Below are positions 20,748 through 30,500 of a DNA stretch of 48,837 nt, in pieces. A program made the translations under genes and the position numbers. This DNA is from Actinomycetota bacterium (lineage in GTDB: Bacteria; Actinomycetota; Actinomycetes; S36-B12). Within the stretch, counting starts at the first letter, position 1. The number at the start of each line of letters is the position of its first letter. The stretch spans positions 1 to 48,837 of the forward strand of contig JAPOKX010000002.1 in assembly GCA_029977425.1 (NCBI GenBank), read 5' to 3'. A model generated the notes under the pieces. That model saw only the letters and a program-made list of their open reading frames with translations. It was not told the origin of the DNA and ran no database searches.

Positions 20748-22120
20748 CGCGGCTGCGCATCCTGCCCGCGACCGTGATCCTCGCCGTCGCGGTGGCCACG
20801 ATCGCAGCCGTCGTCGCGGCGCTCGTGTCCCTGCCCCTCATCCGCAGCAATGCCGAGGCGGTCGCGACCGCGGAGCTCGCGCGGCTTGCCGATCTCACCG
20901 CCACGGCCCTGCGTGTCGATCGTGAGGGCCGGTACGCACTTCCGCCACGCGTTGCGGGAGTGCTGCAGGCGGAGGAGGTGACGGCCTATGTCGTCGGGCC
21001 GGACGCGCAGGATCTCCCCGAGGGAGTCACGGCTGATGACGTGGCCGCTGTGACGACGGGCTCCGGGGTCCAGGCCCAGGCGGACACCTCCGCGGGACGC
21101 GTCCTCGTCGTCGGCAGGCCCTTCGAGCCCGGCATCGGGGTCATCCTCGTGCAGCCGTCCTCGGTCGCCGGGGGCACGGCCACGGAGGTGATCGCCCGGC
21201 TCCTGCTCGCCCTCGTCATCGGCCTCGCGATTGCCGTGGCCATCGCCCTCGTCGCGGGAGCATGGCTCACCACGCCGCTACGTCGGGCAGCCGACGCAGC
21301 GCTGCGCCTGGGCAGGGGAGAGCGAGGGATCCACGTCCGACCCGAGGGCCCGGCGGAGGTCGCCGACATGGCGGATGCGCTCAATCGGCTCGCGTCCGCG
21401 CTTGCCGTCTCGGAGGGGCGACAGCGGGAATTCCTCCTCTCGGTATCGCATGAGCTGCGCACGCCCATCACGTCGGTGCGCGGCTACGCCGAGGCACTCG
21501 CGGACGGCCTGGTCGATGGCGCGGAGGTGGCGCGCACAGGAGCGGTCATGGCCGCGGAGACGCAGCGACTCGATCGGCTCGTGAGCGATCTGCTCGACCT
21601 GGCGCGACTGCGCGCGGACGACTTCGTCATCGAATGCGTCGACGTCGATCTCGGCGAGATGCTGGCCGATGCGGCCCAGGTGTGGACGGATCGCTGCCTG
21701 CGGGCCGACATCGCCCTGACTGCCGAACTTCCCGCCGAGCCGGTGATCGTGCGAGCGGACCCGCTGCGACTGCGTCAGGTCATCGACAACCTCGCCGAGA
21801 ATGCCCTTCGCGTCGTGCCCGCGGGGGGCGTGATCGTCATGTCGGCCCGGGCGGACGGCGAATGGGGCGTGGTCGAGGTGCGGGACTCGGGCCCGGGACT
21901 CGCCCCGGAGGATCGCGACGTGGCCTTCGAGCCGGGGATCCTCCACGAGAGGTATCGCGGCTTGCGGCCGGTCGGCACGGGGCTCGGCCTCGCGCTCGTG
22001 GGTCGCCTCGCGTCAGGCATGGCGGGTTGGGCCAGGGCGAGTTCCGCGCCAGAGGGCGGTGCCGCCTTCTCCGTGGGCATGCCCCTCGCGACACTGCCTC
22101 CCCGGGCCGCATCGGCGTAG
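20744..22120 (+). CDS. Sensor histidine kinase (2 TM, about 150-aa extracytoplasmic loop, HAMP, HisKA, HATPase_c)
   Basis: H-box SHELRTPITSVRGYAEAL, N-box IDNLAENALR, G-boxes RDSGPGL and GTGLGLALV. ATGA overlap with the regulator. Confidence 0.88.
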   Translation: MTRLRILPATVILAVAVATIAAVVAALVSLPLIRSNAEAVATAELARLADLTATALRVDREGRYALPPRVAGVLQAEEVTAYVVGPDAQDLPEGVTADDVAAVTTGSGVQAQADTSAGRVLVVGRPFEPGIGVILVQPSSVAGGTATEVIARLLLALVIGLAIAVAIALVAGAWLTTPLRRAADAALRLGRGERGIHVRPEGPAEVADMADALNRLASALAVSEGRQREFLLSVSHELRTPITSVRGYAEALADGLVDGAEVARTGAVMAAETQRLDRLVSDLLDLARLRADDFVIECVDVDLGEMLADAAQVWTDRCLRADIALTAELPAEPVIVRADPLRLRQVIDNLAENALRVVPAGGVIVMSARADGEWGVVEVRDSGPGLAPEDRDVAFEPGILHERYRGLRPVGTGLGLALVGRLASGMAGWARASSAPEGGAAFSVGMPLATLPPRAASA

Positions 22121-22129
22121 TCTGCCGCC

Positions 22130-22594
22130 ATGGCCCTCGCACCGGCGCCGTCTGCGGCCGAGCCCACCGTGGACTCGCGATCGCGTGCGCGCCGACTCGT
22201 CGCGCCGCTCGCCACCGCAGCGGGCGTGATCGCGGCGACCGGCTACATCCGCTTCGTCGATCCCAACGAGCCGGGGCACTACCCGATGTGCCCGACCCTC
22301 GCGTTGCTCGGCATCGATTGCCCCGGATGCGGTGGCCTGCGCGCCACGCATGCGCTGGCGAATGGCGACATCGGTGCAGCCCTCGATCACAATGCGCTCT
22401 TCGTCGCGCTCGTGCCGCTGCTGATCGGCCTGTGGGCAGTGTGGGCGTACCGGGCCTGGACGGGAGTGACCCCCGCGCGTACGCCGGCGCGCGACAGGGT
22501 GTCGCGTGCTGCACCCATCGTCATCCTCGTGATCGCCATGGCATTCGCCGTCGTGCGCAACTTCGTGCCCTACCTCGCCTCCGGAGCGGGCTGA
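22130..22594 (+). CDS. DUF2752-like membrane protein
   Basis: CPTLALLGIDCPGCGGLRATHAL motif followed by TM helices. Starts 9 nt after the kinase stop. Confidence 0.7.
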   Translation: MALAPAPSAAEPTVDSRSRARRLVAPLATAAGVIAATGYIRFVDPNEPGHYPMCPTLALLGIDCPGCGGLRATHALANGDIGAALDHNALFVALVPLLIGLWAVWAYRAWTGVTPARTPARDRVSRAAPIVILVIAMAFAVVRNFVPYLASGAG

Positions 22595-22706
22595 CCGGGC
22601 TGCCCCGACCGCCGGGCCGGGTCGAGTGAGCAACCATCGATCCCCTGTGGCACGCTGGCGACGTGAATGCGCGGCGTGGGTCACGCCTGGCCAGCGGGGG
22701 TGAGCG

Positions 22707-23516
22707 ATGACTGTCCTTGATGACATCATCGCGGGAGTGCGCGTCGACCTCGACGCGCGCATGAACTCGACACCCTTGGACGATGTCAAGGCTGCTGCGT
22801 CGCGCATGCCGGCACCGCGTGATGCGGAGCTCATCCTCCGCGAGCCCGGGGTGGGTGTGATCGCCGAGGTCAAGCGCGCGAGCCCGAGCAAGGGCCGCCT
22901 CGCGGAGATCGATGATCCTGCCCAGCTGGCGCGTGACTACGAAGCGGGCGGCGCGCGCTGCATCAGTGTCCTCACGGAGCAGCGCCGGTTCGGTGGATCG
23001 CTTGATGACCTGCGTGCGGTGCGCTGCGCTGTCGACATCCCCGTGCTGCGCAAGGACTTCATCGTCACGAGTTACCAGCTCTGGGAGGCTCGCGCGCATG
23101 GCGCCGATGTCGTCCTGCTCATCGTGGCCGCCTTGGACCAGAACGCCCTCGTCAGCCTCATTGAGCGCACGCGATCCCTCGGCATGACGCCCCTCGTCGA
23201 GGTCCATGAGGAAGCCGAGGTCGAGCGAGCCGTCGACGCGGGAGCGACGATCATCGGCGTCAACGCCCGCAACCTGAAGACACTCGAGGTGGACCGCGGG
23301 ACCTTCGCGCGCCTCGCCCCGATGATCCCGGACTCCTGCCTGCGCATCGCGGAATCCGGAGTGCGCGATCCCCGCGATCTCATCGCCTACGCCGAGGCGG
23401 GTGCCGACGCCGTGCTGGTGGGCGAGAGCCTGGCGACGTCACCCGATCCGCGTGCGGCCGTCCACGATCTCGTCACCGCGGGATCGCACCCCGCCCTGCG
23501 GGGGACGCGTGGCTAG
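22707..23516 (+). CDS. trpC: Indole-3-glycerol phosphate synthase
   Basis: [19 protein letters not shown] and VEVH motifs. Confidence 0.92.
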   Translation: MTVLDDIIAGVRVDLDARMNSTPLDDVKAAASRMPAPRDAELILREPGVGVIAEVKRASPSKGRLAEIDDPAQLARDYEAGGARCISVLTEQRRFGGSLDDLRAVRCAVDIPVLRKDFIVTSYQLWEARAHGADVVLLIVAALDQNALVSLIERTRSLGMTPLVEVHEEAEVERAVDAGATIIGVNARNLKTLEVDRGTFARLAPMIPDSCLRIAESGVRDPRDLIAYAEAGADAVLVGESLATSPDPRAAVHDLVTAGSHPALRGTRG

Positions 23517-24747
23517 CAAGAACGTCGTGACGAGTGAGGAAGTCGCGAAGGGTCACTTCGGCCCCTACGGCGGGCGCTTCGTCCCGGAGGCCCTGACGGC
23601 GGCGCTCGACGGCTTGGACGAGGCCTTCGCGCAGGCGATGGCGGACCCGGGTTTCCATGCCGAACTCGAGCGGTTGCAGCGCACCTACGTCGGGCGCCCG
23701 AGCCCCCTCACCGAGGCCGTGCGCTTCGGGCAGGAGCACTGCGGCGGCGCGCGCGTCTATCTCAAGCGCGAGGACCTCAATCACACCGGCTCGCACAAGA
23801 TCAACAACGTCCTGGGGCAGGCGCTCCTCACCGTGCGGATGGGCAAGAAGCGGGTCATTGCCGAGACCGGGGCCGGTCAGCATGGCGTGGCGACCGCCAC
23901 CGCGGCGGCACTGCTCGGGCTGGAGTGCGTCGTCTACATGGGCGAAGAGGACACCAGGCGCCAGGCGCTCAACGTCGCGCGCATGCGACTCCTCGGGGCC
24001 ACGGTCGTCCCCGTCACCGCCGGGAGCCGCACGCTCAAGGACGCGATCAACGAGGCGATGCGCGACTGGGTGACGACCGTCGACGAGACCCACTACATCC
24101 TGGGCACGGTCACCGGACCGAGCCCCTTCCCGACGATGGTGCGCGCCTTCCAGTCGATCATCGGCCAGGAGGCACGCGAGCAGGTCCTCGCCGCGGCAGG
24201 GCGACTTCCCGATGCCGTCGCCGCCTGTGTCGGCGGAGGCTCCAATGCCATGGGCATCTTCGCGGCGTTCCTGGACGATCCCGCCGTGCGGCTGTGGGGA
24301 TTCGAGGCCGGTGGCGACGGGGTCGAGACCGGTCGGCATGCCGCACGCTTCGCTGGGGGCGCGCCCGGCGTGCTGCACGGTGCTCGCACCTACGTGATGC
24401 AGGACGAATGGGGCCAGACCGTCCCCTCGCACTCGATCAGCGCGGGTCTCGACTACCCGGGTGTGGGGCCGGAGCACGCATGGCTTCACGACACCGGACG
24501 CGCGGAGTACGCGCCCGTGACGGACGCGGAGGCCATGGACGCCTTCGAGCGCCTGTGCCGCACCGAGGGCATCATTCCGGCCATCGAGACGGCGCACGCG
24601 CTCGCAGGAGCGATGCGCCTGGGTCGCGACCTCGGGCCTGACGCGATCATCCTGGTCAATCTCTCGGGGCGCGGCGACAAGGACGTGGCCACTGCGGCGC
24701 GATGGTTCGGACTGCCCGCGGTGGACGAGGCGGCAGAGGGACGATGA
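23509..24747 (+). CDS. trpB: Tryptophan synthase beta chain
   Basis: [29 protein letters not shown] and GGGSNAMG motifs. GTG 23509 overlaps the trpC end by 8 nt. GTG 23527 is an alternative start. Confidence 0.93.
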   Translation: MASKNVVTSEEVAKGHFGPYGGRFVPEALTAALDGLDEAFAQAMADPGFHAELERLQRTYVGRPSPLTEAVRFGQEHCGGARVYLKREDLNHTGSHKINNVLGQALLTVRMGKKRVIAETGAGQHGVATATAAALLGLECVVYMGEEDTRRQALNVARMRLLGATVVPVTAGSRTLKDAINEAMRDWVTTVDETHYILGTVTGPSPFPTMVRAFQSIIGQEAREQVLAAAGRLPDAVAACVGGGSNAMGIFAAFLDDPAVRLWGFEAGGDGVETGRHAARFAGGAPGVLHGARTYVMQDEWGQTVPSHSISAGLDYPGVGPEHAWLHDTGRAEYAPVTDAEAMDAFERLCRTEGIIPAIETAHALAGAMRLGRDLGPDAIILVNLSGRGDKDVATAARWFGLPAVDEAAEGR

Positions 24748-25565
24748 CCGCCCTCGCCGATGCGTTCGCTCGGGCCAGGGCCGAGGAACGCGCCGCGCTC
24801 ATCGGCTACCTCCCCGCGGGATTCCCCAACCGCGAGGACAGCGTGCGTCTCATGCGCGCCATGGTCGAGGCGGGCGTGGACATCGTCGAAGTGGGGCTGC
24901 CCTACTCCGACCCGTTGATGGACGGCCCCGTGATCCAGGCGGCGGCGGACCAAGCCTTGCGCGGGGGCACGACTCCCGCCGACGTCATCGCCATCGCGGG
25001 CGACGTGGCCAAGACCGGAGCCGCGACCGTGGTCATGTCGTACTGGAATCCCGTCGAGAGATTCGGCGTCGAGGCCTTCGCGCGCGACCTTGCCGCTGCC
25101 GGCGGATGCGGTGTGATCACTCCGGATCTCACGCCGGAGGAGTCGGCTGCCTGGGCAGCGGCCACGCGCGAGCACGACATCGACCGTGTCTACCTGGTGG
25201 CTCCGTCGAGCACCGACGAGCGCCTGCGCACGGTGAGCGATGCCTGCACGGGCTTCGTCTACGCCGCCTCGACGATGGGGGTCACCGGGGCCCGATCGTC
25301 CGTCTCCGGCGCGGCCGAGGCGCTCGTGGCCCGGGTGCGCCGTGTGACGGACCTCCCGGTGGCAGTGGGCCTGGGCGTATCCACGGGGGAGCAGGCGGCG
25401 GAGATCGCCGCCTACGCCGACGGCGTGATCGTGGGCTCTGCCTTCATCCGACTGGTCCTCGATGCCCCCGGCATCGAGGAGGCGGAGTCTTCCGTGGCCG
25501 GGCTGGCGAGGGAACTCGCGGCCGGGGTGCGGCGTCGCAGGATCGACGCCGGACCCGTAACGTAG
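24744..25565 (+). CDS. trpA: Tryptophan synthase alpha chain
   Basis: [28 protein letters not shown] and [13 protein letters not shown] motifs. ATGA overlap with trpB. Confidence 0.92.
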   Translation: MTALADAFARARAEERAALIGYLPAGFPNREDSVRLMRAMVEAGVDIVEVGLPYSDPLMDGPVIQAAADQALRGGTTPADVIAIAGDVAKTGAATVVMSYWNPVERFGVEAFARDLAAAGGCGVITPDLTPEESAAWAAATREHDIDRVYLVAPSSTDERLRTVSDACTGFVYAASTMGVTGARSSVSGAAEALVARVRRVTDLPVAVGLGVSTGEQAAEIAAYADGVIVGSAFIRLVLDAPGIEEAESSVAGLARELAAGVRRRRIDAGPVT

Positions 25566-25618
25566 GAGCCCGGTCGCCAGCCCACCCGGGCGGCGTACAT
25601 CGGAGGTTGAGAGCGAGC

Positions 25619-26434
25619 ATGGCGAAGGACCGGGAGACCAAGAGCACGCGCGACAAGGCCGCCGCGGCTCGGGCCGAGCAGGTGGCCAAGGAGAAGCGCC
25701 GCGAGCGCACCGTGCGGATCATCGGTGCGGTGGGCGTCATCGTCGCTGTCCTGGCGATCATCGGCGTCGCCGTCTTCGCGTCACGTTCCGGCGATTCCTC
25801 TGCCAACGGCGGCACTCCGATGCCGGCTCCCGATCCCAATGCTGCGATCCCGACGGGCGTCTACGGCGCCGACGGCGTCGCGCCCTGGGGTGTCCCGGTC
25901 GGCAACGCGCCGGAGACGGCGCCGCTCCTGGAGATCTGGGAAGACTTCCAGTGCCCCGCGTGCGGTTCGCTCGAGGAGCTCAACGGCGCGGGTATCCAAA
26001 GCCTCGGCCTGGACGGCAAGGTTCGCCTTGTCTGGCGCCCGACGGCGTTCCTCGACAACAACCTCGGCAACACGTCATCGGCTGCGGCCATCAACGCCTG
26101 GGGCTGCGCCATCGATGCGGGCAAGACGGTCGAGTACCACGACGCGATCTTCGCCAACCAGCCGACGACCGAGGGCGAGGGCTGGACCAACGAGCAGTTC
26201 GTGGCGTTCGCCGAGCAGGCCGGCATCACGGGTGTGCCGCTCGAGCAGTTCAACGACTGCCTGACGAGCAACAAGTACCTGGGCTGGGCAGCCAACTCCA
26301 CCCAGGCCTTCTACGACGCCAAGATCGAGGGCACGCCCCGCGGCGTACTCAATGGCACGCCGATCGACGGGGCGCAGCTCGCCGACCAGGCGACCCTGGA
26401 GAAGCTCATCGAGGAAGCGGCCGCGAAGCAGTAG
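25619..26434 (+). CDS. Membrane-anchored DsbA-family thiol:disulfide oxidoreductase (CPAC active site)
   Basis: Basic N-terminal tail, one TM helix, then a thioredoxin-fold region with WEDFQCPACG and a late GTPRGVLNG (cis-Pro loop context). GGAGG lies 10 nt upstream of the ATG. Confidence 0.8.
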   Translation: MAKDRETKSTRDKAAAARAEQVAKEKRRERTVRIIGAVGVIVAVLAIIGVAVFASRSGDSSANGGTPMPAPDPNAAIPTGVYGADGVAPWGVPVGNAPETAPLLEIWEDFQCPACGSLEELNGAGIQSLGLDGKVRLVWRPTAFLDNNLGNTSSAAAINAWGCAIDAGKTVEYHDAIFANQPTTEGEGWTNEQFVAFAEQAGITGVPLEQFNDCLTSNKYLGWAANSTQAFYDAKIEGTPRGVLNGTPIDGAQLADQATLEKLIEEAAAKQ

Positions 26435-26455
26435 CTTCGCGGCAACACGCTGACC

Positions 26456-27412
26456 GTGGATCTCCTCGCCTTCATCCCGAGCCCGAGCCAGGGAGTCTGG
26501 AACCTCGGCCCGCTGCCGGTGCGCGCCTACGCGCTGGCGATCATCGCCGGCATCGTCGTTGCCATTTGGCTCGGTAATCGCCGCTACGTTGCTCGCGGCG
26601 GAGAGCCAGGCCTGATCACCGACATCGCACTGTGGGCGGTGCCCTTCGGCATCATCGGCGGCCGTCTTTATCACGTTGCCAGTGACTGGCAGATCTACTT
26701 CGGCACCGACGGCCGGGGAGTAGCTGCGGCTTTTCGCATCTGGGATGGAGGCTTGGGAATCTGGGGTGCTGTCGCCCTCGGCGGGCTCGGAGCCTGGATC
26801 GGGGCGCGACGACTCGGTGTTGCGCTGCCACCCATCGCTGACGCCATCGCGCCCGGTATCGCGCTTGCCCAGGCGATCGGACGGTGGGGCAACTGGTTCA
26901 ACCAGGAGCTCTTCGGCGCACCGACCACGCTTCCGTGGGGCCTGGAGATCGCACCGCAGTACCGGCCGGAGGGCTACGCCGACTTCGCGACCTTCCATCC
27001 CACCTTCCTCTACGAGTCCCTGTGGATGGTGGGAGTTGCCCTCGTCCTGATCTGGGCGGACAAGCGCTTCCAGATGGGCCATGGCCGGGTGTTCGCGCTC
27101 TACGTCCTGCTCTACTGCGTGGGACGCGGGTGGATCGAGTACCTCCGCATCGACACGGCCAACACCATCCTGGGCCTGCGACTCAACCTCTGGACGTCGA
27201 TCCTCGTCGGCCTGGGTGCACTGGCCTACCTGATCATCTCGGCGCGGATGCGGCCCGGACGCGAAGAGGTCAAGCCGCCCGAGAAGTACCTCGAGCGCGA
27301 GCGCCTGGAGGAGGTCCGCGAGCAGAAGGCGGCCCCGAAGGAAGCGGCCAAGGTCACCGAGGTCGCACCCGAGCAGCCCGAGCCGCCTGCGTCTCCGCCG
27401 AGCGTGCCCTGA
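26456..27412 (+). CDS. lgt: Phosphatidylglycerol-prolipoprotein diacylglyceryl transferase
   Basis: PVRAYALAIIAGIVVA, GGRLYHV and GRWGNWFNQELFG motifs. Carries a C-terminal Pro/Glu/Lys-rich extension of about 55 aa. Confidence 0.9.
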   Translation: MDLLAFIPSPSQGVWNLGPLPVRAYALAIIAGIVVAIWLGNRRYVARGGEPGLITDIALWAVPFGIIGGRLYHVASDWQIYFGTDGRGVAAAFRIWDGGLGIWGAVALGGLGAWIGARRLGVALPPIADAIAPGIALAQAIGRWGNWFNQELFGAPTTLPWGLEIAPQYRPEGYADFATFHPTFLYESLWMVGVALVLIWADKRFQMGHGRVFALYVLLYCVGRGWIEYLRIDTANTILGLRLNLWTSILVGLGALAYLIISARMRPGREEVKPPEKYLERERLEEVREQKAAPKEAAKVTEVAPEQPEPPASPPSVP

Positions 27413-27477
27413 CCAGGGCGCCATCCCGGAGCGCTGCCTGCTAGGGTTCCGGACACGGGCCAACGGCGTCCCGTCAG

Positions 27478-27497
27478 CACCCCGCATCGGCGGGGTG
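27478..27497 (+). terminator. Perfect 8-bp GC hairpin CACCCCGC-atcg-GCGGGGTG: lgt terminator or gltB 5'-UTR structure
   Basis: Read directly. It lies 66 nt after the lgt stop, 31 nt after a TAGGGT -10-like box (27442-27447) and 22 nt before TTG 27520. There is no U-tract. Confidence 0.35.
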
Positions 27498-27519
27498 GTC
27501 GACGTGGAGGTGTGGTCCG

Positions 27520-30500
27520 TTGTCTGTTTCCCGGCTTCCTTTCTCGGCGCAGCCGCCGGCGCAGGGTCTCTACGATCCCGCGGCCGAGCACGATGCCTGC
27601 GGTGTCGCCTTCGTCGCGACGCTGACGGGCCAGGCTTCGCACGAGATCGTCGCCATGGGCCTGACGGCACTGCTCAACCTCGATCACCGGGGGGCGTCCG
27701 GCGCAGAGCCCGACTCGGGCGACGGCGCGGGCATCCTGCTCCAGGTGCCCGATCGCTTCCTCCGTCGCGTCATCGACCCCGAGCTGCCGCCGGCGGGGGA
27801 GTACGCCGTCGGCATGGCCTTCCTCCCGGACGATGACGACATCGCCCGAGCGACTCAGGCGCGCATCGAGCAGATCGCGAGGGAAGAAGGCCTCGACGTC
27901 GTCGCGTGGCGCGACGTTCCCACCGATCCGTCCAGCCTGGGGCAGACCGCTCGCAGCGTCATGCCGCGATTCATGCATCTCGTCGTGCGGTCGGCGGGGG
28001 AGCCGCTCTCGGTGATGGATCTCGAACGTCGCGCGTTCTGCCTGCGCAAGCGCGCGGAGCACGAGACCGACGCCTACTTCCCATCCCTGTCGAGTCGCAC
28101 GCTCGTCTACAAGGGCATGCTCACCACCCACCAGTTGGGAGAGTTCTTCCCCGACCTGTCGGACCCCGACATGGAGTCCGCCCTTGCCCTGGTCCACTCG
28201 CGGTTCAGCACCAACCCTTCGTGGGACCGCGCCCAGCCCTTCCGCTACCTCGCGCACAACGGCGAGATCAACACGGTCAAGGGCAACCGCAACTGGATGC
28301 GCGCTCGCGAGGCGATGCTCTCCTCCGACGTGATCCCTGGAGACCTCACGCGACTCTTCCCCATCTGCACGCCTGGCGGCAGCGACTCGGCATCCTTCGA
28401 CGAGGTCGTCGAACTCCTTCACCTCGGTGGCCGATCCCTGCCGCATGCGGTCCTCATGATGATCCCCGAGGCGTGGGAGAACGACGTCGACATGGATCCC
28501 GCGCGGCGTGCGTTCTACGAGTACCACTCGACGGTGATGGAGGCGTGGGATGGCCCGGCCAACGTCTCCTTCACCGACGGCACGCTCATCGGAGCGGTGC
28601 TTGATCGCAATGGTCTGCGCCCGGGTCGCTTCTGGGTCACGCAGGACGGTCTCGTCGTACTCGCCTCCGAGGCGGGTGTCCTCGACCTCGATCCGGCGGC
28701 GATCGTCCGCAAGGGCAGGCTGCAGCCCGGGCACATGTTCCTCGTCGACACCGGCGCCGGACGCATCGTGGAAGACGCGGAGATCAAGGCGAGCCTGGCG
28801 GAGGCAGAGCCCTACGCGGATTGGCTGCATGCCGGGCTCGTGCACCTGGACCTGCTGCCCGATCGCGAGCACATCGTGCACCCCACCTCCTCTGTCGCCC
28901 GGCGCCAGCAGACGTTCGGCTACACCGAGGAGGAGCTGCGCCTCATCCTCTCGCCGATGGCCCTCACGGGAGGGGAGCCCCTCGGCTCCATGGGCACGGA
29001 TACCCCGGTGGCTGCGCTGTCGGCACGTCCTCGGCTCCTGTTCGACTACTTCCAGCAGGCCTTCGCCCAGGTCCCCAACCCGCCACTGGATGCGATTCGC
29101 GAGGAGATCGTCACATCGCTCTCCACCGTCATCGGACCCGAGGGCAACCTCCTCGAGTCGACGCCGGCGCACTGTCGCCAGGTGGTCCTCCCCTTCCCGA
29201 TCATCGACAACGACGAGCTGGCGAAGATCCTTCACATCAACTCGGACGGGGACCTGGCCGGCTTCGCTGCGGCCAAGGTGTCGGGTCTCTACGACATCGA
29301 CGGAGGCGCTCCCGCGCTGGAGGCCCGGCTGGAGGAGATCTTCGCCGAGGTCGACGCGCTCATCGAATCCGGCGTGCGCTTAATCGTCCTGTCCGATCGC
29401 GACTCCACCACGGATCTCGCGCCGATCCCCTCGCTCCTGTTGTGCTCAGCGGTCCATCACCATCTCGTGCGTCGCAAGACGCGCACCCAGGCGGCGCTCA
29501 TCGTCGAAGCGGGTGACGTCAGGGAGGTCCATCACGCCGCTCTGCTGGTGGGCTACGGGGCCGCGGCCATCAATCCCTACCTCGCGATGGAGTCCGTGGA
29601 GGACCTCGTCTACCGCGAGATCCTCACTGGGATCTCCCCGGAGAAGGCCGTGCGCAATCTCGTGAAGGCCCTGGGCAAGGGCCTGCTCAAGGTCATGTCC
29701 AAGATGGGCGTGTCGACGGTGGGCTCCTACCGCGGCGCGCAGATCTTCGAGGCCATCGGCCTGTCGCATGAGCTCGTCGAGCGCTATTTCACGGGCACGG
29801 TCTCGCGCCTCGGCGGAGTCGACCTTGACGTGATCCATGCCGAGGTCCAGGCGCGCCACGACATCGCCTATCCGCCGAGCGGCATCTCCCCGGCGCACCG
29901 GCGCCTCGAGGTGGGAGGCGAGTACCAGTGGCGTCGCGAGGGCGAGCCGCACCTCTTCGATCCCGACACGGTGTTCCGGCTCCAGCATGCGACGCGTGAG
30001 AAGCGCTACGACATCTTCCGGCAGTACACCGATCGCGTGGACGACCAGAGCCGGCGGCTCATGACCCTGCGCGGGCTCTTCCGCTTGCGCGATTCAGCGC
30101 AGCCGCCCGTGCCCCTCGACGAGGTCGAGCCCGTCGAGCAGATCCTGAAGCGGTTCTCGACAGGAGCCATGTCCTACGGCTCGATCTCGCAGGAGGCGCA
30201 CGAGACCCTGGCCATCGCGATGAACCGCATCGGCGCGAAGTCCAACACCGGCGAGGGCGGCGAGGACCCCGAGCGCTACGTCGCCCTACCCAACGGCGAC
30301 TCCAAGCGATCTGCCATCAAGCAGGTGGCATCCGGCCGCTTCGGCGTGACCAGCGAATACCTCGTCAATAGCGATGACATCCAGATCAAGATGGCGCAGG
30401 GAGCGAAGCCGGGCGAGGGTGGCCAGCTCCCGGGTCACAAGGTCTACCCCTGGGTCGCCAAGACGAGGCATTCCACGCCCGGCGTGGGACTCATCTCGCC

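Noticed and set aside
22595-22720. Possible trp leader peptide or attenuator upstream of trpC (uORF GTG 22663..TGA 22710 ending in ATGA with trpC; ATG 22667 ORF with one Trp codon; small hairpin GGCGTG-ggt-CACGCC 22673-22687)
   Set aside because: There are no tandem Trp codons, no alternative terminator/antiterminator pairings and no U-tract. The uORF start lacks an SD. It is insufficient to call an attenuator.
27413-27519. GlnR-type operator upstream of gltB
   Set aside because: I looked for GTnAC-n6-GnAAC-type repeats and found only loose partial matches (for example GGACACGGGCCAAC), which does not support a site.
27226-29235. 669-aa ORF antisense to the lgt 3' end and the gltB 5' part
   Set aside because: Same reasoning: it crosses an intergenic region and lies opposite conserved GltB amidotransferase motifs.
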